A DNA stretch of 64,000 bases from Mycobacteriales bacterium (GTDB lineage Bacteria > Actinomycetota > Actinomycetes > Mycobacteriales > SCTD01): NCBI GenBank assembly GCA_035526225.1, contig DATLCV010000001.1:6212-70211 (forward strand), read 5' to 3'. The first letter of the stretch is position 1. Each line of letters opens with the position of its first letter. Under the pieces are notes generated by a model that saw only the letters and a list, made by a program, of their open reading frames with translations, made no database searches and had not been told where the DNA came from. A program made the position numbers and the translations under genes. Positions 56,675-64,000 of this stretch are shown here, piece after piece.

Positions 56675-58189
56675 TCAGGCGTCGTGCGGCTCCAACGGGT
56701 GGACGGCCGGGCCGTTCAGCACCTCACCGGTGAAGGCGAACCGCGAGCCGTGGCACGGGCAGTCCCAGCTGCGCTCGCCGTCGTTCCACCGCACGGTGCA
56801 GCCCAGGTGGGTGCAACGCGCCGAGACGCAGTGCAGGGTCCCCTCCTCGTCACGGAAGGCGGCGGTCCGCCCCTCCGCACGCAGGAAGACTCCCGCCTCT
56901 CCCGGCAGCAGCTCGTGCATCCCGGTCAGGCCAGGCCGGAGCATCCCGCCGACGAGCTCACGCGCGACGTCGGCGTTCTCCTTCACCGCTTTCGAGGCCG
57001 AGGCGCGCAGCGTGCTGCGGTCCGGCGCGTACAGCTCTGCGTACGGGTTCGCCCGGCCCAGCACCAGGTCGGCGAGCACGAGCCCCGACAGCGTGCCGTT
57101 CGTCATGCCCCAGGCGTTGAAGCCGGTCGCGACCCAGGTGTGCTCGCCCGCCAGCGGGAGCTGTCCGATGTAGGGCAGTCGGTCGACGCTGGAGGTGTCC
57201 TGCGTGGACCAGCGGTGCACCTGGTCCGCACCGGGGAACCGCTCCTGCGTCCAGGCCGCGAGCCCGTCGTACCGCTCCTCGACCGAGACGTCCTTGCCGG
57301 TCTTGTACTGGCCGCCGGTGACGATGAGGAGCCGCTTGCCGTCGCGGTAGGGCGCGGTGCGAACCGAGTGCGTGCCACCCTCCTCCGAGCCGGTGCTGAT
57401 GGCCATCACGCCCGGGTCGCGGTCTGCGTCGATCGTCGCGGCGACGACCACGTCCCGGTACGCCGAGAGCCGGGCGAACAGCAGCCCCCGGTCGAGGAAC
57501 GGGTAGTGCGTCGCCACGACGACGTCCTCACAGGACAGGTCACCGTGGTCGGTCTGGACGACGAGCCCGTCTTCCGCGTCCGACACGTCCAGGGCACGGG
57601 TCTGCTCCACGACCTCACCGCCGGCAGCGACGAACGCGTCCGCGAGGGCGAGCAGGTACTGGCGGGGGTGGAACTGGAGCTGGTCCGGCAGCAGCGCGCC
57701 TGCCCTGATGCCCCACGGCAGTCCGCTGGAGGTGACGTGCTCCATCGGGAGGCCGGCGCGGCGGGCCGCCTCAACCTCCTCGTTCACCGTCTCGGTGTCG
57801 TCGAGGCTCTCGGTGTAGACCAGCGACGGCACCGGCTCCAGCTCGCAGCTCGCGGCACCGGCGGTGTCTCGCAGCCAGTCGAGCGCGCGGCACTGCGACT
57901 CGGCGTACAGGCGTGCCGCATCCGCGCCGTGCCGCTTGGCGAGGTCGGCGTACACCAGGTTGTGCTGCACCGTGACCTTCGCCGTCGTGTAGCCGCTGAC
58001 ACCACGGGCAAGGCGGTCCGCCTCCACGAGGGTCACCTGCCGGCCCGCGCGGGCGAGCAGCAGCGCTGTGGTCAGCCCGGCGATGCCACCGCCCAGCACG
58101 GCGACGCCTGTGCGGGCGTCTCCGGCGAGGGCGGGAAAGTCGGTGTCGGGGGTGGAGGCCACCCACCAGGACGTGTTGTCGGAGGTCAT
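56675..58189 (-). CDS. FAD-dependent (DAO-family) oxidoreductase fused to a C-terminal Rieske [2Fe-2S] domain
   Basis: VAVLGGGIAGLTTA dinucleotide fold and Rieske motifs CTHLGC...CPCHGS. Ends 24 nt upstream of cphB. Confidence 0.85.
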   Translation of the reverse strand: MTSDNTSWWVASTPDTDFPALAGDARTGVAVLGGGIAGLTTALLLARAGRQVTLVEADRLARGVSGYTTAKVTVQHNLVYADLAKRHGADAARLYAESQCRALDWLRDTAGAASCELEPVPSLVYTESLDDTETVNEEVEAARRAGLPMEHVTSSGLPWGIRAGALLPDQLQFHPRQYLLALADAFVAAGGEVVEQTRALDVSDAEDGLVVQTDHGDLSCEDVVVATHYPFLDRGLLFARLSAYRDVVVAATIDADRDPGVMAISTGSEEGGTHSVRTAPYRDGKRLLIVTGGQYKTGKDVSVEERYDGLAAWTQERFPGADQVHRWSTQDTSSVDRLPYIGQLPLAGEHTWVATGFNAWGMTNGTLSGLVLADLVLGRANPYAELYAPDRSTLRASASKAVKENADVARELVGGMLRPGLTGMHELLPGEAGVFLRAEGRTAAFRDEEGTLHCVSARCTHLGCTVRWNDGERSWDCPCHGSRFAFTGEVLNGPAVHPLEPHDA

Positions 58190-58340
58190 GCCGCGCTCCT
58201 ACCCCGCGTGACCCCTTCCGATCACAGACCTCGTGCCCAGTCCGGCACGGAGCACTGTCGGGCAGCTCGCAGGCTTGGCGTGCCCGCCCGGGAGGCGGTT
58301 GCCCCTCAAGGTGCCGAACGGAGGCGTCGACGACGGCAGC

Positions 58341-58796
58341 GTGAGAAGTCGTCCCGCGGTGTTCCTCGTTCCCCTGCTCATCGCTGCCTGCGGACAGACA
58401 TCACCGCGGTCGTCTGACGAGGACTACCAGCGCCTGCGATCCTCATTCGTCGTTCCTGCCGGCTTCACCCCCGCGGCTCCCGAAGGTCCGTGCCAGACGG
58501 ACCCGCACATGCAGTGCTGGACCACCGATGCACTTCCCACACAGGCAGCTCACACGGCGGTCAAGGGGCTTCGCGGCGACTACCTGACGACCGACACCTC
58601 CTGGTGCGGCCCGGGCCACTGGGCCGCGCAGCGAAAGGCCTGGGGCGAGGCGCATGCTCCGTGCACGTTGCGCGGCACCTCGCATCGGCTTGAGGTGGTC
58701 GTCGCGGCCATTGCCTTTCCGGACCGCACGGCGAGCACGCCTGCGCACGTGGTCTTCCCTCCGACCCTGGTGAGCATCACGGCGACTGCGCGGTAG
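58341..58796 (+). CDS. Hypothetical lipoprotein
   Basis: VRSRPAVFLVPLLIAAC lipobox and several Cys in the mature part. The start (GTG 58341) is uncertain. Confidence 0.5.
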   Translation: MRSRPAVFLVPLLIAACGQTSPRSSDEDYQRLRSSFVVPAGFTPAAPEGPCQTDPHMQCWTTDALPTQAAHTAVKGLRGDYLTTDTSWCGPGHWAAQRKAWGEAHAPCTLRGTSHRLEVVVAAIAFPDRTASTPAHVVFPPTLVSITATAR

Positions 58797-58831
58797 CGCT
58801 GCCGTCGCGTCGTGTGAATGACCCGTTGCGT

Positions 58832-59449
58832 CTACGCGCAGTTGTACGGATCGGGCGTGCCGTCCCACAGCGTGAAGGTCAGGGTTGCTCCCTTGTCATC
58901 AGAGAAGAGCAATGCCTCGCCCCGACGCGCGAAGGAGCCGAACCCGCTGAACGTGTCAGGGGCGTTCGTGCCGTCGAAGGGGGCATCCTCGACCTCCCAC
59001 TCCTGGCCCTCGAACTGAACGTTCACGACCCCACAGTGGTACAGCGCCACTTGTTGCCCGGGCAGTAGGCCGCCCTCGTCCGCCACGTACGGAGTTACCG
59101 CGGCCCCTCGCACCGAGCTGATGCACGCCTCGAACGTCCCTGTTGCCGATGCCGTGAGCGAGACGATGTAACGCGCGGGCGCCCTCGCCTCACGCCTGCT
59201 GTTCACGCCAGGCGGGGCGAGGCACGCTTCTATCGCCTCATTCGTCTGCGCGCGGGCAGCCGCGTTCCCTTCGGGCACGGTGTTCGAGATCGCGTACACA
59301 TCGGTCGCGAAGTACTCGGGGGGCGAAGGGGACGTGGGCTGACTCAGAAGGTCTGTGCTGTCGACGTGGCCGCACGCTGCAACAGTCATCGTCAAGAGGA
59401 CGTATGCAGCGAGTCTTCTCACCCTCATGAGACGCAGCATCCTCCGCAC
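58832..59449 (-). CDS. Hypothetical lipoprotein
   Basis: Lipobox MTVAAC. The local DNA is visibly less GC-rich. Several in-frame Met starts are possible. Confidence 0.6.
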   Translation of the reverse strand: MRRMLRLMRVRRLAAYVLLTMTVAACGHVDSTDLLSQPTSPSPPEYFATDVYAISNTVPEGNAAARAQTNEAIEACLAPPGVNSRREARAPARYIVSLTASATGTFEACISSVRGAAVTPYVADEGGLLPGQQVALYHCGVVNVQFEGQEWEVEDAPFDGTNAPDTFSGFGSFARRGEALLFSDDKGATLTFTLWDGTPDPYNCA

Positions 59450-59491
59450 CGGTTTCTCGCGCAGGTGGAGCCGGCTTCTTGGCTCGGAGAG

Positions 59492-60865
59492 TCATGGGGT
59501 GGGCGCGACGTTCTGGTTCAGGCGGAAGACGTTGTCCGGGTCGTACTTCGCCTTGAGCGAACGAAGCCTGGACACGCGGTCCCGGTAGACGCCGGGCACG
59601 TGCGCCCCGTCCGCATCGGGCTCGTAGTTGACGTAGCCCCCGCGCGAGTACGGCTCGAGCGCGGCAGCGGTCTCGCGCGCCCATGCGACGCATCGGTCCT
59701 CGTCCGCAGGGTCGGTCCAGTTCGCCGCGATGAGCACGTCGTACCTCGCGTCACGATGAGCGAAGGCGCCCTCGCCGGCCGCGATCGCACCCCCCATGTG
59801 CTCGACGATGAGCTCGAGGACCGGCGGTGCCTGGCTGTCGCTCGCGCGCTCGACCAGGACCTCGATGACGTCGTCGGTCAGGTCGTCGAGGAAGCACGAG
59901 CGCCAGTAGTGGTACTCCCCGGACGGGTACCCGGCGTCCATGCGGGTCTGCTGCTCGGTGTAGGGCAGCGGGCCCAGCGCGTCGAGCAGCGGCTCCCCGA
60001 GAGCCGCCCGGGTGGGTTCGAGCAGCCTTGCGCCGTCAGCCAGGTCGCCGGCGTAGCAGGCGGCCAGCGCCGCCACCGGGGAGCCGTCGGGGCTCGAGGT
60101 CATCGCCGCGTACGTGGTCAGCTCGTCCGGGGCCTTCCACGTGAGCTCGCGGTAGGCCTCCAGCAACGCCCGCCGGAGCTCCGGTCGGAAGGCGACGCTC
60201 CCGCCGTACACCAGGGGGCCCACGGGGTGCAGGCGGTAGTCGAACGACGTGACGATGCCGAAGTTGCCCCCGCCGCCCTTCAAGCCCCACAGCAGGTCCG
60301 GGTTCTCCTCCGCACTGGCCGTGACCTGCCGGCCGTCGGCGGTCACCAGGTCGACCGACAGCAGGTTGTCGCACGCGAGCCCGTGCTTGCGCATCAGCCA
60401 GCCGATGCCGCCACCCAGCGTCAGGCCGGCGATCCCGGTGGTGCTCACCACCCCGAGCGTGGTGGCGAGGCCGTACTCCTGGGAGGCGCGGTCGAAGTCC
60501 CTCACGGTCGAACCCGCCTGCGCCCGCGCGACCCGCGCCTCCCCGTCCACGCGCACCGCGCGCATCGGGCCGAGATCGAGGAGCACCCCACCGTCGCAGG
60601 TCGAGAACCCGGCCACGCTGTGCCCGCCACCCCGCACGGCGACCGGGAGGCCCGCCTCCACCGCGAAGCCGAGGGCACGTTGAACGTCCGCTGCGCCGGC
60701 GCAGCGCGCTATGACGGCGGGACACCGGTCGGCCGTGGCGTTCCAGACCCGCCGCACCTCGTCGTACGCCGGGTCGCCCGGCAGCACGACCTGGCCACTC
60801 ATTCCGTTCCGCAGCGCCGAGACGCCCGCGGTGTCCCCGATCGCGTTCCCCGTCATGACCCTCAT
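59492..60865 (-). CDS. FAD-linked oxidase (VAO/PCMH fold with BBE-like C-terminus)
   Basis: FAD_binding_4 segments VAVRGGGHS and GGGIGW, and a C-terminal YVNY...DPDNVFRLNQNV BBE motif. Confidence 0.85.
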   Translation of the reverse strand: MRVMTGNAIGDTAGVSALRNGMSGQVVLPGDPAYDEVRRVWNATADRCPAVIARCAGAADVQRALGFAVEAGLPVAVRGGGHSVAGFSTCDGGVLLDLGPMRAVRVDGEARVARAQAGSTVRDFDRASQEYGLATTLGVVSTTGIAGLTLGGGIGWLMRKHGLACDNLLSVDLVTADGRQVTASAEENPDLLWGLKGGGGNFGIVTSFDYRLHPVGPLVYGGSVAFRPELRRALLEAYRELTWKAPDELTTYAAMTSSPDGSPVAALAACYAGDLADGARLLEPTRAALGEPLLDALGPLPYTEQQTRMDAGYPSGEYHYWRSCFLDDLTDDVIEVLVERASDSQAPPVLELIVEHMGGAIAAGEGAFAHRDARYDVLIAANWTDPADEDRCVAWARETAAALEPYSRGGYVNYEPDADGAHVPGVYRDRVSRLRSLKAKYDPDNVFRLNQNVAPTP

Positions 60866-60943
60866 CTGGACCTCCCGCAGCTCGTGCCCGGCATGAACGT
60901 ATGTCGATGCCGAACCCTCGTAATCGGGGAACTCCCTCGACTG

Positions 60944-63679
60944 TCAGGCCTGCGCGACCGACAGCTTCGCCACGAGCTCCGCACGGGATCGGACGCCCAT
61001 CTTCCGGTACGAGCGCGACAGGTTGGCCTCGACGGTCTTGCGGCTGAGGGAGAGCGTCGCGGCGATCTCGGCGTTCGTGCAGCCCTGAGCCACCAGGGCT
61101 GCCATCCGTCGCTCCACGGGAGTCAGGTCGGCCTGAGCACCCGAGCGCACGCCGAGGCGAGCGATCTCCGAGCGCGCCCGCTCGGCCCACAACGTCGCAC
61201 CGCGTCCCTCGAAGACGGTGAGCGCGTGCTCCAGCGTCTCGCGGGCAACCGCACGACGCTTCATCCTGCGCTGGACGATGCCCTCGGCCAGCAGCGTCCG
61301 GCCGAGCTCCAGGGGCATGGGCAGGCGCACGTGGGCCGCGCGTGCCCGCTCGAGGCTCGCCTCTGCACCAGCAAGGTCTCCTCTGGCCGCCTGCAGCAGT
61401 GCCCTGGAGCGCGCGGCGGTCGCGGTCGTCCAGGCCCGCCTCCTGGCTAGCGCGACCTCGTCCATCCAGTCGACCAGGTCCTGCGCTCGAGTCAGGTCCC
61501 CGAGCACGACGAGGGCCTCGATCTCGTCGGGGACCACGTGACAGTCGCCGAACTCGCGGTTCCAGCGCGGGCGCATGAGATCGGTGGCCTCGCCAAGGAG
61601 GGCTCGGGCCGCTTCGTGGTTGCCCAGCGACAGCTCCAGGAAGCCCAGCACGTTCAGGTTCTGCATGGTGAAGACGACGTCCTCGACCCGGCGTGCCTCC
61701 GCGAGGCCGCTCTCGGCCAGGCGTCGTGCCTCGGAGGCATCGCCCAGCCACGCACGCGCCATGCCCTCGACGTACAGGGGCGCGCCCGACTGATCGACGT
61801 GCTGCCGCAGCTGCAGGCTCTCCTCGGCGCGCTCGATCGCGAGCTGCAGTTCCGCGGCCCACAGGTCGAGCTCTGCCAGGTGAAACAGGTGGGTCGAGGC
61901 CGAGTGCAGGTCACCGGTCTCCAGGGTCTGCTGCAGCAGCAGGGTGAGCAGCTCACGGGCCTCGTCGTGCCCGTCGTCGTCCATCACGACCTTGGCCAGG
62001 TGGCTGCGCGGGGACGACGCGGCTGGCGAGGAGTCGAGTGCGATCGCCCGTTCGAAGAGGTCGCGTCGTACCCCTCCGCCGCCGCAGTAGGTCCAGTGCG
62101 CCAGCTCGGCGAGGGCAGCGCCCAGCCCGGTGTCGTCGCCGCTTCGCTCGGCCAGCTCAACGCCGAGCTGGGCGTCGTGCTCCGCGGCAGGTACGTCGCC
62201 GAGGGAGTAGGCGATCGCGCCGCGGGTCCGGTGGATCCGGCTGGCGACGGTTGAGTCCGTCCCCACGTCGAGGAGTGCCCGGTCGCACAGGGCGACGCCG
62301 TGGCGGAGCGGGGTCGAAAGCTCGGCCAGGCCCCGGAGGGCCTCGGCCCGCCCCGGGCCAGGTCCCGCGTCGGCGAGGGCGCGCTCGAGGAGGGCCCGGG
62401 CCGCGGAGCGGTCGCCTGCGGCCCGGGCGTGCTCGGCGGCCCTCGTGGCTCGCGCGAAGATCGCCGCGCCGTCGTCCGGCGGCGTGAGGTCCAGCGCCCG
62501 TTGCGCGTAGGTCGCCGCCACGTCCGTCGCGCCACGGCGGGCCGCGCGGGCGGACGCCTCGTCGAGCGCCACGGCGAGGGCCTCGTCGGGGTCGGGTGAG
62601 GTGAGCGAGAGGTGCCTCGCCCTCTCCTCGGGATCCCGCACGGTGTCAGCCAGCTGTCGGTGGAGCACCCGCCGCTCGGACGAGGTCGCCGTGTCGTAGA
62701 CCGTGGCGCCGATCAGCGGATGGGTGAACCGCACCGTCCCGTCGCTGGAGTCGAGGACCCCGGCCTTCTCCGCACGAGCCACGTCGGGCTCGATCGGCCG
62801 GCCGGCCGCCCGCTGCAGCTCCTGCACGGTCGGTGCCCTCATCGCGGCCACCAGCAGCAGCACTCGTCGGGTGCGCTCTGGGAGCTCGAGGAGGCGCCGG
62901 CGCAGCAGGTCGCCGAGCCGCTCCGGCACGGGAAGGTGCTCGGCGTCCGAGGGTCCGCCCCGCTCCGCCCACGCGCGCGCGAGCTCGAGGGCGAAGAACG
63001 GGTTGCCGCCGGACGCCGCGTGCACGCGCACGAGCGCTGGTCGAGCGAGGGCGACCCCAAGGCCTGCGTGCACGACGTCGTACGTCGCTGCCAGCGACAG
63101 CGGCGGGACTGCCAGCCGCACGACCGGCACGTGCTGTGGCAGCAGGTCGAGCCGCGAGTCCGGGCGCCGGGTGAGGACGACGGCGACCCGCTCGACATCG
63201 AGGCGCCTCAGGGCGAAGGCCAGCACCTGCCTGGACGGTGCGTCGAGCCAGTGAGGGTCGTCGACGGCAACAAGCGTCGGTGCCTCGCGGGCCAGCGTCC
63301 GCATGACGTTGCACAGCGCGACCGCCACGGTGCCCTGGCTCACAGCGGTGTCCGAGGCGCGGCGCATCAGGGCGGCGTCGAGGGCGCGACGCTGCGGCTC
63401 GGGGAGGTCGGACAGCGCGTGGTCCACGTCCGGGCCCAAGAGGTCGATCAGGCCGGCGAAGCCGATCTCGGCCTCGCTCTCGGTTGGCCGGCAGGCGAGC
63501 ACGCGGAACCCGCGCTGCTCGGCGGCACGAACGGCCTGGAGCCACAGCCACGACTTCCCGATGCCGGCCTCCCCCTCGACGAGCAGGGCGGCCGTGCGCT
63601 CACGCGCCGTGTCCAGGAAGCTCCCGATCGACACGAGCTCCTGGTCGCGCGCAGTCGTGCGCTGCGCGGAGGAGTCCAT
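60944..63679 (-). CDS. LAL-type (large ATP-binding LuxR family) transcriptional regulator
   Basis: Walker A GEAGIGKSWLW, a long TPR-like middle, and C-terminal HTH LTPVERRMAALVAQGCTNAEIAATLSLSRKTVEANLSRSYRKMGV. I prefer the ATG at 63679 over the ORF-track TTG at 63715. Confidence 0.88.
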   Translation of the reverse strand: MDSSAQRTTARDQELVSIGSFLDTARERTAALLVEGEAGIGKSWLWLQAVRAAEQRGFRVLACRPTESEAEIGFAGLIDLLGPDVDHALSDLPEPQRRALDAALMRRASDTAVSQGTVAVALCNVMRTLAREAPTLVAVDDPHWLDAPSRQVLAFALRRLDVERVAVVLTRRPDSRLDLLPQHVPVVRLAVPPLSLAATYDVVHAGLGVALARPALVRVHAASGGNPFFALELARAWAERGGPSDAEHLPVPERLGDLLRRRLLELPERTRRVLLLVAAMRAPTVQELQRAAGRPIEPDVARAEKAGVLDSSDGTVRFTHPLIGATVYDTATSSERRVLHRQLADTVRDPEERARHLSLTSPDPDEALAVALDEASARAARRGATDVAATYAQRALDLTPPDDGAAIFARATRAAEHARAAGDRSAARALLERALADAGPGPGRAEALRGLAELSTPLRHGVALCDRALLDVGTDSTVASRIHRTRGAIAYSLGDVPAAEHDAQLGVELAERSGDDTGLGAALAELAHWTYCGGGGVRRDLFERAIALDSSPAASSPRSHLAKVVMDDDGHDEARELLTLLLQQTLETGDLHSASTHLFHLAELDLWAAELQLAIERAEESLQLRQHVDQSGAPLYVEGMARAWLGDASEARRLAESGLAEARRVEDVVFTMQNLNVLGFLELSLGNHEAARALLGEATDLMRPRWNREFGDCHVVPDEIEALVVLGDLTRAQDLVDWMDEVALARRRAWTTATAARSRALLQAARGDLAGAEASLERARAAHVRLPMPLELGRTLLAEGIVQRRMKRRAVARETLEHALTVFEGRGATLWAERARSEIARLGVRSGAQADLTPVERRMAALVAQGCTNAEIAATLSLSRKTVEANLSRSYRKMGVRSRAELVAKLSVAQA

Positions 63680-63769
63680 GCCTGAAGTGTGTTGGCCCCC
63701 AAGGGAGGGAGGCAACCGATCAAGACTGCAAGCGAACGACGGTCTGCCTCGATCTGAGCCTGAGTCCAG

Positions 63770-64000
63770 AGTTGGTGGGACGAGCCGGGCTGTAAGCCGG
63801 GTTCTGTACCTGCGAGCAGGTGACGGTCATCCATCTGGGACCACTGTTGCCAGTGGCCTCGTGCGGTCTACCCGCAGGCTCGGGCGGGCCGCCCTCGAAC
63901 GCCTGCGCAGGAGCGCTCTCGCCGAAGCGAAGGAGCTCCCTCTTGACCTTGCTCCGGGTGGGGTTTGCCGAGCCGGCCGGGTCACCCCGGCCGCTGGTGG
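63770..64000 (-). ncRNA. rnpB: RNase P RNA (bacterial type A), 3' portion; the 5' part lies beyond the window
   Basis: The minus strand reads ...GCAAACCCCACCCGGAGCAAGGUCAAGAGGGA...GGGUAGACCGCACGAGGCCACUGGCAACAGUGGUCCCAGAUGGAUGACCGUCACC...GGUACAGAACCCGGCUUACAGCCCGG. This matches the conserved P4/P15-P18 region and the ACAGAACCCGGCUUA 3' core of M1-type RNAs. Confidence 0.85.

Noticed and set aside
60942-60948. Isolated TGTCAGG heptamers at 4184-4190, 58954-58960 and 60942-60948 (the last followed by CCTGCGCGA, resembling the ChlID copy)
   Set aside because: None has a CCTGACA partner about 35 nt away. Single 7-mers are expected by chance, so they were not counted as copies of the double-hairpin element.
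55916-61450. Long plus-strand ORFs (55916-58417, 833 aa; 59366-61450, 694 aa) opposite cphB, the FAD-Rieske gene, the BBE oxidase and the LAL regulator
   Set aside because: They are antisense to genes with clear catalytic motifs and have shadow-ORF composition.

Overview
This is a very GC-rich window (by eye above 70% GC, with strong GC3 bias) that looks like actinobacterial chromosome. It holds about 58 protein genes, one TPP riboswitch and the 3' part of RNase P RNA at the right edge. I saw no rRNA, tRNA, CRISPR, transposase or phage genes. Left part: a truncated S8 peptidase, panB, nei, an npdG-like F420/NADP reductase paired with a BtuF-like cobalamin-binding gene, an MFS exporter, an RNB ribonuclease, a GH5 glycosidase, and thiC (behind the TPP riboswitch) plus a thioesterase. 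Centre: a large cobalamin biosynthesis supercluster on the minus strand. It runs ChlI/ChlD-type chelatase partner, cobO, cobB, cobI, cobM, cbiD, cobL, a cbiG-cobJ fusion, a ferredoxin, cobA, cobH, cbiX, cobC; cobN and cobD-cobQ lie separately. The genes are chained by 4-nt start/stop overlaps. The cluster is interrupted by purU/patatin, an ABC-2 exporter, lipoproteins, a LuxR gene, a TetR-MFS pair and a DUF559 gene. Right part: a multicopper oxidase locus, a large secreted protein of unknown function, and a Tat-FAD protein/acyltransferase operon. Next comes a cyanophycin locus (FAD-Rieske oxidoreductase, cphB, cphA) facing a convergent, overlapping CphA paralogue that lacks the ATP-grasp domain. 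Lipoproteins, a BBE/FAD oxidase and a LAL-type LuxR regulator follow. Three sequence-level oddities stand out. (i) A ~124-nt double-hairpin element (four alternating TGTCAGG/CCTGACA heptamers with identical 35/37/35-nt spacing) sits in frame in the disordered linkers of two unrelated cob-cluster genes. (ii) A DUF559 gene is bracketed by two near-identical 54-bp palindromes. (iii) The cyanophycin synthetase paralogue has no G domain. Gene starts are inferred (many are GTG/TTG) and are less certain than stops. All family calls rest on motifs read by eye, not on database searches.
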